A stretch of 64,000 bases of DNA from Podarcis tiliguerta (taxonomy: Eukaryota). Under the pieces are notes generated by a model. The model saw only the letters and a program-made list of their open reading frames with translations, had not been told where the DNA came from and made no database searches. The stretch's first letter is position 1. Each line of letters starts with the position of its first letter. Location of the stretch: the NCBI GenBank assembly GCA_965153285.1, contig OZ229113.1; one strand, 5' to 3'. The position numbers were made by a program, and so were the translations under genes. Shown here piece after piece: positions 24,270 through 38,106 of the stretch.

Positions 24270-24626
24270 GGGACGCGGGTGGCGCTGTGGGTTAAAGCCT
24301 CAGCGCCTAGAGCTTGCCGATCGAAAGGTCAGCGGTTTGAATCCCCGCGGCGGGGTGCGCTCCCGTTGTTCGGTCCCAGCGCCTGCCAACCTAGCAGTTC
24401 GAAAGCACTCTCGGGTGCAAGTAGATAAATAGGGACCGCTTACTAGTGGCAAGGTAAACGGCGTTTCCGTGTGCGGCTCTGGCTCGCCAGAGCAGCGATG
24501 TCATGCTGGCCACGTGACCCGGAAGTGTCTCCGGACAGCGCTGGCCCCCGGCCTCTTGAGTGAGATGGGCGCACAACCCTAGAGTCTGTCAAGACTGGCC
24601 CGTACGGGCAGGGGTACCTTTACCTT
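24270..24626 (+). mobile_element. Sauria SINE (Squam1), full length, subfamily B
   Basis: GGGACGCGGGTGGCGCTGTGG head, A/B boxes, ACCTTT tail; imperfect TSD TAGTAC(A)nTTA with differing A-run length. Confidence 0.95.
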
Positions 24627-24660
24627 TAGTACAAAATTAAGTTCTTCACTTTTAAAAATC

Positions 24661-24770
24661 TCAGGTAACAGACCTAGGAAAGGCCTCTCTGTCTGGGATT
24701 TGGATTGCTGCTGCCAGTCAGAAAAACCAGTGCTGGATTAGATGGACCATTGGTTTGACTCTATATATAC
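24661..24770 (+). mobile_element. Fragment of tRNA(Ala)-type squamate SINE
   Basis: GCTGCTGCCAGTCAG...TAGATGGACCATTGGTTTGACTC, shared with the 63207-63385 copy. Confidence 0.55.
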
Positions 24771-25369
24771 CTAATTAAGGACAAGCTGGACAACTATTAA
24801 TTAGAAGTCATCACCATAGTGATGGACAGAAACACAGGACATGACATTTCCAGCAATGCATCAGATCTTCAGCTTCAACTGTCTAGGTTAGCCTTACATT
24901 GGAACTTTGAGCTCACAGTTATCAAAGTTTTAGTCAAACTGTATGGCAATAGAAAGAAAATGTTTCTTTCTAACATCTGTTATTGATCTGAAAATTTATA
25001 TTGAGCTAATAGTCAATTTCCTATTGTTTTGCACAGCATTTCCAAGTGCTGGCTTCTGATCACTGTATAGTGTGACTGTATGGCGTCCACTAGTCTTAAA
25101 TGTCTCTCTGACAGTAGGCAATGAGAGGAAGGCAGCAAAGCTTGTCAGACAGGCTGGTTTTCTAAAAAGGAAAGATATATACAGCATATGTCAACTGATC
25201 AAAAACCTCCTGGTTTTTGATCATTGGGGGATATAAGCGGAGTCATCCAAGCTTCCTACATTATAGTAAAATAAATGATGTTGCATTACTACTGACATAA
25301 AAAGTGGACACTGTTAGAATGCTTAATAATAAGGGAAGAAAATTAGGGCCACATTTTAGAGAGGAAATG

Positions 25370-25720
25370 GTCCAGTCCTTAGGCCTCTTTTTTCTTCCTT
25401 TTCTTCTCCCTTGAATAGTCTTTTCTATTTGGAAAGGCTATTGTGCTAAGAAAAAACCTTCTGTCATAATATGAACGAGCAGAAGAGAAGTGGCAGGATG
25501 TGATAGCCACTATAGATGTATAGAGGGAAGAAAAAGGAAGCAGGGATAAAAGTTGATCAAATGGATATGATCTGAAGTGGCATGATATATTTTTGAATAG
25601 CAGCAATGAATAGTAGAAATTGAGAAGGGGTTTCAAGATGAAAAATAGGATAACTTTGATCATGTTAATATTGAGCTGTCAGCAAGCTGTCTAGAAATGC
25701 ATATTGTAGGCTGAATCTGA
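25370..25720 (-). mobile_element. Ancient L2 LINE fragment
   Basis: Minus strand reads QLNINMIKVILFFI (cf. L2 xLKLNMSKTELLIF); plus strand is purine-rich. Confidence 0.45.
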
Positions 25721-27180
25721 TATCATCAGGGAAAGTTTAATTTATTGCAGGTATGCACAGCTTTCCTAACTTTAAGCATAGACAACCTCCTCCCTGCATC
25801 ACAGTCATATTGCAGAAAGACTGGTTCATGTTTTGAGGATACACAGTAGGAAACCTTAAAAGGTGCTGGGGGGTGAGAAGGGTTGGATTCTATGCAACGA
25901 CATATGGATATGTCAGATGCTTTCATTCTTGTTTGATGGAACAAATTTTACCAGACTGGATTTGTAACATTCCAGTGGTAAATTTTAAAAGTATATAACG
26001 CAATGTGGTAGCTAGGAGGGTGGTCTGGTTTAGCAGAAGCTGATGCAATATGTTAAGATTTCTGACCAAGTATTCCTTCAAGAGAGGAGTACTCATTTTG
26101 GTTTAAGATCCCATCATACGTTAAAGCAGGGCTTGTTTTTTGAGATCCAACAATGAATATAGGGCAGGAGAAAGTCAGTAAAATTATTTAGCAAAAGTAA
26201 ACTAGAGATGAGATCTTTTGTAGCCGAAAGGTATTTTCTTTTTATCCTGTTATCCACAGAAATGGAAAATAGAAATGCATGTCTTTTGTGTTTAAATCAC
26301 AATTTCCAAAAGCTTAACTCCTCTGCTTTTAATTTACAAAAAGAAAGATGATGAAGAAAAATAAACACTGCTGTTACTTTAATAATGTCCTAACATTATA
26401 CATAGAACATTCCTCCAAGTTCATATAGGTTGTTCTGTTATCCTCTTAGTTTTCAGATCCATTCTAAAGGGTTAAAGTTAACAAAACACATTTGCCAGGA
26501 CTTTGCCAGGACCTTTGATTCATCATCCTAATAAGTTGATCGCAATGACACTTGACCGCTGCCGTGTGATGGAAAGATAGTAATAGGTGCAGTGGTTGCT
26601 ACATGACAGGTTTGTTTTGTTAACATCTGCCCTTTTAGTTAGAGAGAAAATATTGCTGTCAAGAAAGAAAGAAATATTTTCTTGTCTCCCACCCCTTTTA
26701 TATGACTGTTGAAACCTCACATTGTCCATTAAGTGGTTGATTCCTTAAGTGTGTTTTGAATTCATTGTTCCTGCTGTATAAACTGGATTCCCTGCTTTTC
26801 TGGGTATCCCTAATAGTTAAAATCTATACCTACAGCACATTAAGCTGAAAGAGATCTGATGGTGGAATATTGGTCTACTCTATGCAATAGAGCAATCACA
26901 GTTTTATTGCCTCCCTGGGTAAGATTGTGATAAGATGGAAACTTCAGTGGGGAGTGAACAGATCTAGAACTTTTCCAGTTGCTAGTTTCTCACTAGTTTT
27001 CTGCTTGCCAAGATTTGGGCTTTTTTTAATGGAACTGTACCTAACTCACTGAATAGGCTGAGAGGCTGGAAAATTCTGATTACCTGAAGACTAGATAAGT
27101 AGCCCATTAAGGTCATGCAGTAGCACTTTTTAAAGACCTAGAACCCACACTCAAACTTGGATAAGTTGTTCATTGCATGT

Positions 27181-27246
27181 AGCAATGCTAAGCCATAAAA
27201 TACAGCAATGCTAAGCCATATGGCAATGCTAAGCCATAAAATACAG
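27181..27246. repeat. Short tandem triplication of GCAATGCTAAGCCATA
   Basis: Copies at 27182, 27205 and 27223. Confidence 0.9.
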
Positions 27247-29662
27247 TTGTGTAAATCAGTGTGTGCAAGCTGTGTTCATGTAGCTTGAGCACCTCCACTT
27301 TCCTACTCCCTTCTTCCAGCAGGGGAACAAACTACAGAGAGACTGGCTTTTTATTATATCCAAACCAGCAATTAAGGTTTGCTTTGCTCAGACTAAACCA
27401 TGACCTGCTGCAGGAAGGAAGGAAGGCTTCAGCTTCAATCATGAGAACACACAGCTCATGCACAAACCAGTTTGTTTAACCCTGGTTTGTAGCTTAGTAA
27501 TTGTGTCAGTCTACTTAAGGTGTGACACAGAAGGAATTCTGGATTTTACTATGGCAAGGCATCAACCTTCCCCCCCCCCCCAGTAACTTGATTTATAACA
27601 GTTTAATTATGCAATTCTAAGACATTTTCTCATTTTTTTATTATTGTCTCTTTACTAGTATCCTTCACAATCATGAAAGCCAAAGCAGCTTCTTAATAAT
27701 TATCATACTCACATTGCAGCGTTCATATGCCTAGCACACAAAGCTCACCCGATTCTGGAGACTGCCATTTTTTTGTAGCAAGAGTTTCTGGGCATATAAT
27801 GGTGAACCTGTTCACATGACTGTGATCTGAAGTGATGCAGTCACAGTCCATACTGGGTGCCCTTGCCTTTTGACTTGTTAATGCTCTTTCACCACCTAGC
27901 CATCTGCCAACAGCTATACTAGGAAAGGGAAGCTGTGGCCCTCCCTTTGGAGGGCTACAACTTCCATATTCCCTAGCCATTGACCATTTTGCCAGCTTAT
28001 GATGGGAGTTGTAAACAAAGCCTTTGGACGGCTTCAGGTTCCCTGCGCTACAATGTCTGTCTCTGCATGGGGAAAAACCACACCACTTTGGGTCCGGAGG
28101 ATGGCGTAGCAGGTGGTAAAGAGTCCCTTGAAGAAGTAATAATGCTGCCAACACAGTGATTCTGATTGCATTCTGATCTGATTGCTATTTCCTTATTAAT
28201 TCCTCTAGTCTGGGATAGAAAAGGTCTGGCGTGCTTCTTCTATTTTCTAAGGAGCCTTCTGGTACCAGCTGTGTTGACACCTTGTCTCTTTGCGATGAGT
28301 TCAGTGTCAAACTGATGAAGGGAACTGGACCCTTTGTGCAGGCACTTCAGATGCTTTTAAAATGTGCTACCTTAGAGTATCTAATAATTTTTTTAGGGTG
28401 AAAGGCACAGTACTCGGCCATCTCTCTCCCCCTCTCTATTTCCCTCTCTCTGTACTTGGATATAGCAAGCACTTTACACTTCTTTGTTAATCTAAGCTAG
28501 TTAATTGGTTCTATTAAGAGAATTTAAGATCAAAGTGGGGAAATATCTTATTGAGTAAATATGAAGTGGGGAACACTACACAAAGTATCATAGTTGTGAC
28601 TGAGGTCCTCTAGCTACTCACAATGGATAAAAATGACAGAATTTTGCCTATTATGCAGCTCAAACAGGAAAGGAACATCAAAAGGATGATAGTATCTGAT
28701 AGGTGTTAGAAGCTGGAATTTCCATATGCCTTTGAAGTTTGATCTAGTATATAAAATAGAGATAAGTTATATTTTCCTTCCAGCATAGCTTGCCTGAGAC
28801 TCATAAGATGCAAACTTGTGATTTCATATTACACCATATTTCTGTGTATCAGCTGAAGTACTAGAATAATTCACCCTTTATCCCTCTCTTATACCTGCCT
28901 TTCAGAAATGCAGCCCCCTTCCCCCACAAAAAGCTTTAAGAATTATATGGGGTACTGTTTCAAATAACTAATTTTGTCCATGCATCCTGACCTCCTGGTT
29001 TAGGAGCTTTGTGGCTGAAGTTGAAGAGTATGAATACCTTCTCTCTTATGCCTTCCTGAGAGAATAGTTTGTTTTTGTTTCACTCAGTTGGAATCCATGT
29101 AACTGAACACTTGTCACTTTCAATTTCATTTTGGAGAGTTTAGATTTGTACAGCTGAGACGGACAAACCTAATTTGGTTTGTAGAACTTTAAACTACTGG
29201 AGGTATATGAAACGAATTTACCTATTAGATTATCAAGACTGATTTTACAAAATCAGTGTGACAGATAACATTTTGGGTTGTTACAATCACCAGAGAATGC
29301 CTGCATAGAGCAGTGTTATCCATATAGCTTAAGCTACCCTAACGGACTAAAGCTGGACTAAACAATGAATATTTACTTGTGGAAGAGCATACAGACTTTA
29401 AGAGTAAACTTAGAACATTATGAAATCAGCAGTCATATGATACACAAGTGTCTTTCATTTCCAGTTGTTACACTCACACAATGTTCTAAAAAAGAACTGG
29501 TACAGGGAATGTGTACTCCTGAACCATGCAAATCTATTTGTGGGCCCATTCGCAGTGAGCCTGAGGTTGCCAGAATAGGGGCACAGGAAGCAATAAATGA
29601 CATGACAATATTTTTGGGATTGAGATGGCTACGACTTTATTGATTACAGATATCAGTAGGCT

Positions 29663-29700
29663 TTGGAATAGGCATTGGGTATTGGAATAGGCATTGGGTA
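29663..29700. repeat. 19-bp perfect tandem duplication TTGGAATAGGCATTGGGTA
   Basis: 29663-29681 and 29682-29700. Confidence 0.95.
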
Positions 29701-29702
29701 CA

Positions 29703-29968
29703 GACACGGGTGGCGCTGTGGTCTAAGCCACAGAGCCTAGGGCTTGCCAATCAGAAGGTCCGCGGTTCGAATCCCTGTGATGGGGTGAGCTCCCGTTGCT
29801 CGGTCCCTGCTCCTGCCAACCTAGCAGTTCGAAAGCACGTCGAAGTGCAAGTAGATAAATAGGTACTGCTCCAGTGGGAAGGTAAACGGTGTTTCCATGC
29901 GCTGCTGTGGTTCACCAGAAGCAGCTTAGTCATGCTGGCCACATGACCCAGAAGCTGTACACCGGCTC
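29703..29968 (+). mobile_element. Sauria SINE, subfamily A, 3'-truncated
   Basis: Closely similar to 16490-16855 up to GAAGCTGTACACCGGCTC; no ACCTTT tail. Confidence 0.93.
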
Positions 29969-32173
29969 AATCCTGAGTTAAGGATCCCTATAGGATGTAC
30001 ATCAAATGTGGGTGAACACTCCAGGACACTATTTGGGGAATTCTATGGCCTGATACCCCAATGTAGGTATATGGAAAAGATCCTTCCCCTTGGACCTCTT
30101 TATGCAGGTACACTGATACTTTGATATGGAGGAAAGGGGGCAAGGCTCCTTCCCACTCACTCTGATTAGACTAAAGATCCAACTCAGTGCCTTTTGCCAC
30201 CAGCAAGTAGTGACAGTTGCTGTGAGGTAGGCAAAACCTCCAAACCAAACCAGTCTGACTGCAGGCAAATTCCTCCCCAGTCCCGAATACAGTGACTGAG
30301 TAACTTCTCATACACATGCACCGCCCGCTTACCTTTGGACAGGGCCAAACCATGCAGAGTGGGAGGTCAGTTGCCAACTGTGCTGCAGGGAGCAAGCACA
30401 ACCAATTCAAATGGGGTGGAGACTGACCTGAGCAGAGACAGGCTTGACTCGGGTCTTCCCCACAACCTGGCCATGACTGGCCAATTCACAGTCGAGGTGA
30501 GGAAGTGTCCTGTCACTCCCCACAGCCAGCTGAGCCAGCTGATATTGCCAGCTGGCTGTCTGGGAAGCCTACCCTCCAATCCCACCTACCCTCCCAGCTG
30601 CAACTGCTGAAAAGTTAAAGCAGGAGCACAACTAAGATTAATTGTTACATCCAGACTAGATATAAAATGCAACTGAGACGTTGTGTCTTTGGTGGGGTTG
30701 ATAATGGCAGATAAAATAATAATCCTTGACTGGTCTCTTAATTTCTGTTTTATATAAATACGGAGTAGCATTCATATAAGAAACAATTTATGCTACTACC
30801 CCAAAGCCATAAACATTTTAATATGCTGCAGCCAAAGCCTCCCTGTTGTAAGGGAAACTTCACTGCATCTTCACTCTAGTCTCAGACTTGACTGTGAGTG
30901 TTGGAGGAAGAGGTGCTTACATGAATTTATCAGTATAGTAGTTGTTTATGTTGTACAGTACTATTCTACTTTCATTGTACTAATTAGCTATATATGGAAA
31001 ACTTTGAGAAGGCAATAACACATTTGTTTAAGCAATGGTCCTATCACTTTACCTTTTGTCTGTATATATGTGTGTGTAGAATTAGGACAATTAGAACTTT
31101 TTATTGTATTTATTGGTAGGGCTTTCAGATATTTTATATACACATATAGATTTAATTCCCTCAATGTTTACTTGTTTTCTAATGATGATTTTTCTATTTT
31201 GTAATGGTTCTTATTTTGACCAGTAAGCTGCCTTGAGTCCTGTCAGTGAAAAAGGTGTGATATAAATTTAAAAAATGTTAAAATTAATAACTGTCTTTTC
31301 TCTGTACAAGTTAAATATTTTCCTTAGCTAGTCAGATTGCCATTGTGTCCAGTCACAAATCAGTTGTGTGTCTGGTTTTACTTTATTTATGTAAAATAAT
31401 GAAGAAAAGATTAGCAAGTATGTAATTGTTGAATTATGTTCAACATTTTGTATCTGCCTATTGAGTATGAGAGAGTTTGTAACAGTTTGAAATGTAGTTT
31501 CGTCTTGCAGATTTGTGTACAGTGAGGCAGTTCATAATATAACTAATATTGAGATATGCAGCTAGACATTCTGTAACTTGAGCTTATCTGTGTAATAGTT
31601 TGCTTGGCTAAGCACCCTATTTATGACTGATGAATAAGGCCAAAACAAATTAAATAAAAAGCATGTGTGTGCTACTGTGCATGTATGCTTTTTAATTAAG
31701 TATAAATTCTGTTTTCTCCACCTGAATTCAGATTCTCTGGGCTGTCATGCAAGACTTACATTTGATTCAGCCTTCTTTCTTTATACTTCCCACAGCATTC
31801 CCCAGTTATTCCCAGTGAAAAGAGAAACACTGCAGTTTTAAATATTTACAGTATCTTTCTTGAAGTTTCTATGTTCCTCACATCTTCAGTACATGATTTT
31901 GTGTAAATGTCTGATTGATACCTTGTACTTACAAGGTGTGCGAACATCATGAAATAAAATTGGATAAATATATGAAATGCATACCAGAAAAAATGTTACT
32001 GTCTATATGATAGCTATGTTACCTGAATCATAGGAAACCTTTCGATTGCAATCCATATGGAATCATCTGTATACTCTTTAGGGACCTACTATGTGTTTTT
32101 TTAGTGTCAGTATACAATACGTATATCTCAGATTTATGTTTATTAAAACTTGCATATGCAAAATGGATATGCG

Positions 32174-32372
32174 GTGGAAGTGCTCAGAAACTTGGGAGGA
32201 AGTGATCATGTTCTCCTGGACTTCAGGATACAGAGGCAAGAGAAAACTGAGTGTAGTCAGATACGCACTCTCAAATTAAGGCTATTTTTAAAAAGCTGAA
32301 GGAGCTACTGGGTGTGACCATGTGGTCAGAAATACTCAGTGAGAAGGGAGTCCCAAGAAGATGGGAGTTTCA
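32174..32372 (+). mobile_element. CR1 LINE ORF2 fragment (end of endonuclease domain)
   Basis: Translates GSDHVLLDFRIQRQEKTECSQIRTL, then KKLKELLGVTMWSEILSEKGV: the APE SDH motif and CR1 linker. Confidence 0.85.
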
Positions 32373-32490
32373 AAACAGGGGTTCTCAGGGTATGACATAC
32401 CTAAGCTTAATAGCTCAAGATATGAGCAAGTATTTTGCCCATGTATGCAGCCCCTTTGCTCCTTCAATCACACGAGTCAGCCAGCAAACC

Positions 32491-32744
32491 CAGAGGCAGA
32501 GCTAGGTGCTCCTGCACCCAGAGTGGTGTGCACCCAGGGGCAGAGCTAGCCACCTGCGGGGGCGGGGCTAGCGTCCAGGGGTCTGCCACACGTCTCCTGG
32601 GGTTGCACGCCAGTAGCCGCACACATCTCGGCATGTGTGCGCCTGCTGCTACGAGCCTCGGGGGGGGGGAGTGTTTGGCTGCAATGTTACCCCCTCTCAG
32701 GGATGGCACCCGGTGCAGACCACACCCACCTTGCTCCACCTCTG
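32491..32744. mobile_element. GC-rich hAT MITE
   Basis: TIRs CAGAGGCAGAGCTAGG / CCTTGCTCCACCTCTG, perfect 8-bp TSD AGCAAACC. Confidence 0.9.
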
Positions 32745-33949
32745 AGCAAACCAGGAAGTTTCCTGTTAGCTATAGTTTTCTAACAAGGAACTGTGGTTAA
32801 TAGCTTCAGTATCTCAGTTTGTTCAGGAAACTATAACTCAGGGAGGACTTTGTTTCATTTTCCGGCTTTTGTGGAGAGGCTCCATTTATGAGGGAAAGCT
32901 TGTTCTTATCTTGTCTTATTCAGCCAGAATGTGGTTCTCCAAACTTTCCCACTATATTTGGAAGCAGAATAGCATGATAAAATAATTGAACCCTCAACTG
33001 ACATTGATTTGTTTTTTTGCTATATATATATTTAAATATATATATTTTGAAGTTTGAAATCTATTTTGTTATAGGCATTTTTTCCTTAAACACTGACATT
33101 ATAAGCAATTGTTTTCTACAGAGCTATATATTTTTGTCATTGTGGTTTTATTGATTAAATATAAAGCTCTAATCTTCTCAAAAATTACTTTGACTTTGAG
33201 ATGAAATTATTACCAAGGACTTTTGTCTTATAAGATTCTTTCCAATTTTTGTCTGTAAACAACAGACTGTTTCTCATAGTGCAATATGTCTCTAGATTGG
33301 AGCATCATAACTCTTTAGGACTGTGCAAATTCCCAACAGCAAAATATATGAAAACCTGACTATCGAGGTATGTTCAGCTAAGCTCCACAGAATCCTCACT
33401 TCTGCAGCTGGCTGTGTCCAGATATGTGCTTTATACTTCCCTGTTTTGCTCTGCAAGCCCATCTGCATTAGGCACAAACTGCTCAGGCTAACCATTCAAA
33501 TGATGTGGCAGTTGCATTATGGAGCAGGCACTGAAACATCTAGATCTAGTTTTGCATGAGATGTAAACTACAATTTTGCATTTTAAGGTAGACGCTACCT
33601 TGTTGCAGCTTTAGACTTGCTCAGGCTGCATGGTAACTGGCTATGAACAGAGCAAAGAAAGGTCAAAAGTGAGCACAAGTAGCCATGATAAGTCGATAAG
33701 TTGTGTGACAGTACATTGGTTGTAAATTTGTGGGATGTCAGTACAACCCTACGGTATGTTACTTAATTGGGAAAATGGAACATGACCTCTTTTTGAAAGC
33801 CTGTCAGGCTTCCTCCTTGATTGGCAGAATGCTGGAATGGCTTCCCTTATCTTCTCCCTGCAACTTCCAACTAGATAGTAAATGAGGCTCAATGTGTTGT
33901 TTTGAGTTACAGTTATGTTGCAATGAATGATACTGATATCTACCTTTAC

Positions 33950-34300
33950 TGTAGCGAAAGAGGTACCTTGCCTATGTACCTTTGCAAGCATAGGAAGTTT
34001 TTTATCCAGACCTTTGTCATAATCCCAGAGGTCAGGCACACCTAGAACACTGGGTCAGAGGCTATAATGGCAGCAGATGATGAGCTGGACCAGGCTTCTG
34101 ACTATTAGTGTGATGTTGCTGATCAGATATCCACTGAATGTAGCCATGAACCTGCTGAACCCTGACCTCCGCCCCCCAGCAGCAGGGATGATGTGAAACC
34201 AGAGATGGGACCTTCTTAGATGCCTTCACCTTGGATCTGAGGAACCTAGCACTTCATACATGACCTGACCAATCCAAAGGTGCAGAGAGCACACCCTGCT
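33950..34300 (+). mobile_element. Possible decayed LTR fragment
   Basis: Begins TGTAGCG with a GC-richer LTR-like body; 3' end and TSD not resolved. Confidence 0.3.
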
Positions 34301-35313
34301 AGGCGTGGCATGGAGTGAAGGAGAAGCAGTTCTCTCTCCACCTTTTAAGAAATTGCAGTTCTTCAAAAAAGGGGGCAAAGCAAGAATTTGGCATGAAGGC
34401 AGAGGCTCAAGGGGCCTCAGTTTACCTCTTATTTGTGACACAATAGCCAAATTGCTTTATTGCCTTTTCCCATGGGCACCTTTTTGGGACCAGGACATCC
34501 TTATAGACAATTCAATAGGGAATGTGGTTACATTGTATTTGTCATGATTACTATTTTGAACTCTACACAGTTTATTTCTAAGAAATTCTTCCTTCTAAAT
34601 CCAGCTTTCTCTTATGAATTAAATGTTATCTGATAGTACATCTTAAACTTATTGGTTTGGCTAGAAAAACACTTTCAAAAGATTAAAAGCAACAGATTTG
34701 ATAAAGACTAAACTGACCTTTCACCATCCACCTTTTCAGAGAGCATTGAAAAATAAAATTACCGGTCTCTTTTTAATTGTAGAGGCTCATCAATCTTTGC
34801 TAGGTATGGTCAGCTTAGATATGGCTTGTGAATGGGAAACATTTCCAAGATGCAATCACTTTTTGATACTGTGCTGTGAAGCACAGAAACACATTTTAAT
34901 CATTTAGATTTTAAACTTCATCCCTCCTTATTCCTTTCCTTATTAAAATAACCTGTTCAGCTTTTTCACTTGTCATTCCTATGTCTGTTCACTTTTCTAT
35001 CCTTTGTACTATAGGTCAACATATCTGGCTTTATCTCTGACTGTCTCAGAATAAATGTTTTCAAATACTATTAGTAATCTAGGCAAAGCACTATTAGAGG
35101 AAGATTTATTTTCAGATTTTCTATCTTTATGTGTTGGTTGAAGCGTGCAAGCATATAATAAAATTGTTGGATATTAAATTGTTCTGTATATTCTCTTTGT
35201 TCAAAAAAAGGTTTATCATTTCTTTCTCTCTTTTGCATAAATGTCAATAATACAGAGATAATAAAGATTTCAAGCACTTGAAGAAACAGAGTCTTTAATG
35301 ACCCTCTAGATTA

Positions 35314-35449
35314 CAGTGTTTCTCAAACTTGGGTCCCCAGCTGTTGTTGGACTATAGTTCCCATCATCCCTAACTAGCAGGACCAGTGGTCAGGGATGAT
35401 AGGAGTTGTAGTCCAACAACAGCTGCGGACCCAAGTTTGAGAAACACTG
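35314..35449. mobile_element. Palindromic hAT MITE (136 bp)
   Basis: TIRs CAGTGTTTCTCAAACTTGGGTCC / GGACCCAAGTTTGAGAAACACTG; nearly the whole element is a hairpin. Confidence 0.92.
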
Positions 35450-37119
35450 CTAATGCTATCCCACCAATCAAGGAGTAAGCTTAACAGGCATTCAAAAAGA
35501 GGTCATGTTCCATTTTCCCAATTAAATAACATACTATAGGGTTGTACTGAGCCCGCAAGGGCTATGTTAAACTATATATTGTATGGAAATTCACTATAAT
35601 GAGCATTTAAAAAGTGTGATTTATTGCCTGTATTTGGATTCATTTTATTTACAAAATAGGATGAAGATAAAATGAAATTGACTTGACTTTATGAGATATG
35701 GGGAAGAAAGGTATAATATGTTTCAAAGCAAATATGTTTACTCCTTTGTGGAACAATTCTTAAATGACAATTTAAAACTAGACTTGCATTTGGAATGCAA
35801 ATTTATTCATGATTAATATGATTAGTAAAGGCTTCTTTACTGGGGGGAAAAGATTTTAATTTGAATATATTGAAATAAAGTGTTCAGAAACCAGAATCCT
35901 GTAACTGAAACTTGGAAGCAAAAGGAAATAACCCCACATGCTTTTCTGGAGCATGGTTCAAAAATGACTTTAAGTTATAATCTGCTCCTATTTTCTACTT
36001 CTCAATACTTTTGCTAGATTTATAAACCAACATTTCTATGCTTCTCTTGTCTAAATCTATGTTGAAGAACAGTTGCATAGCTTATCTGAAACTTATATTT
36101 TTGAAATAATCTAAGAAATGATAACCGAGAGGAAAATAAGGACTCAACATTTTCAAACTACTTTGAAAACAGTCTAAAAATCTGTCTGGAGATTTTTTTT
36201 AGGGAATTGGGTTTGGAATCTTGTACCTTCCCACCATATGGGAACTTTAAAAACATAGCAGATGTAATCCTTGGATAAATTATATTTTAGTGTTTCAAAT
36301 AAAGTTTAGAGGACTATATTAATTTTGACAACATACTAAAGCTTGCACATGGAAGAAGTATAACATAGATTGGTTTCCCCCAAGCTAGGAAGACATAAGG
36401 TAAGTAAGCAATTAATGCCTGCTAAACATAGTTTAGCAAAATCATGCATTCAAAATTGTGGATGGATTAAAGTTTCACATAAAATTGGAAGAAACATTTG
36501 GTTGCACATATTTTGTTTTAAGAGGTTTTGTGAAGACAGCCACAAAACTAATATTTCCAATTAAGCATACTAACAGCTGATGTGCTGTTTACACTTTTAC
36601 GGGTATGCAGATGAGACAAACACACTGGCATTTGCATAACTAGACAAACTCATAACTTGCAGAGTGGTTAAATGCAGGTGCATAAATGCACACAAACTAT
36701 AGATCTCACTATATTGTACTTAACAGTAGGTGTGTTCTTATTCCCTCACAGCTCCAGCCTATCTTAGTCTCCTCTCAGCACTCTAGGATCATATTTCATC
36801 CTGAATCAAAATCTATCACCCATTTTCAAAACGCTCCTCTCAATTTATTGTAATAGGTCAGGGGTTTTTTTTTATCTTACTGAAGCAGGTGTAGTCTGTG
36901 GATAGGTCCCAAGTCTGTAGCATCCAAGGAGGCTAAGGCCTCAAGACTTACCAAACAGTGGTTGGATAAGTCAAGAATGCAGAGTCAAAGTCAAAGATAA
37001 ACTGGAGACAAGCACAGTTAATCAGTATGGGTCTAAAACACAAACCAGGGACAGTGTCTAAAGGTAAAAGTCTAGGGGTTAACAACACAGGAGAGCCACT
37101 CTAGGTAAGAGTAGGTCTG

Positions 37120-37480
37120 GTTTCAGGCTCAGAGAGATGGGTATTGAACCAGTGATGTATTTCATGGTGGCCATGGTGGCTGTGAAGTCTCATGTGGCCT
37201 TAGCATGCATGTCCAAATCCCTCAGCACAATCACCAGCTATAATCAATCACAGAGGTTGTTAAGCAGTGGGATGGATGCTACACCAATAAGATCAATGTT
37301 ATGAGCCAATGAAAGGAACAAGTCCTGTATTTTTGTCCCCAGGTGGATTAGCTTCTTGGTGAAAGAGATGGCATTCTCAAAGTGCTTTTAATAATTGAAA
37401 TGCAAGTGCTTGTAACTATACCCTGGTGGACAAAAGTAACCACTGCCAACCCTCTGTTGGATCAGTTAATGAATCAATCA
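37120..37480 (-). mobile_element. Decayed L2 LINE ORF2 endonuclease fragment
   Basis: Minus-strand peptides CPPGYSY, ILLV*HPSHC and LVIVLRDLDMHAKAT*DFTATMATM (cf. CPPGY, ILLVYRPP, LVLGDFNIH..DFMASMTTM). Confidence 0.75.
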
Positions 37481-38051
37481 GAATCAATAAACACCCTCTC
37501 TACCAGGCACCAATTGATACCATTTGGGAATACCCTCCATCCTCTGTCTCTGCCTTTGTCTCTCATCATGTGTAGGTTTGATCCTATGAAGTGGCGTAAT
37601 ATACCTAGCTTGAAGGGGACGTTAGAGAGGGCCACCATTAGGAGAGAGACCTTCTCTGCCCTGATTAACATGACAGTGTTTTAATCGTAGTTTGTGTTCA
37701 AGACACGCTCTATATATAAAATCACATAACTATTTTATGTGAAGTCTGAACTTTGAAAAGAAATTCTGGAAGAAGTACAGCCAATTTTTAAACATTTCTA
37801 GTGTGTGTGTGTGCGCGCGCATGTGCGTGTTGAACAGACATGTTGCTTTCTTCTATAAAGAGTTAAATGTGTCAAGAGTGATGCTTTAAAGAAAAGAACA
37901 ATGTTAAATAATACCATCTCCAGGAATATATTTTTAAGAAGTGAATGATCTGTTTATACTGAACCCAATGTATTCCCATTGTGTAATTGTGTAGTTCAAA
38001 TATGCCCTTGCTTGTTCTTTGGTTGTTATGCCCCTTAATATGCAGTTAGCA

Positions 38052-38055
<4 letters not shown>

Positions 38056-38100
<45 letters not shown>
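38056..38100. repeat. (CT)n microsatellite
   Basis: Direct reading. Confidence 0.95.

Positions 38101-38106
<6 letters not shown>

Noticed and set aside
32491-32744. CpG-island promoter (also 46023-46175)
   Set aside because: The GC-rich segments are exactly bounded by TIRs and perfect 8-bp TSDs, so they are transposons.
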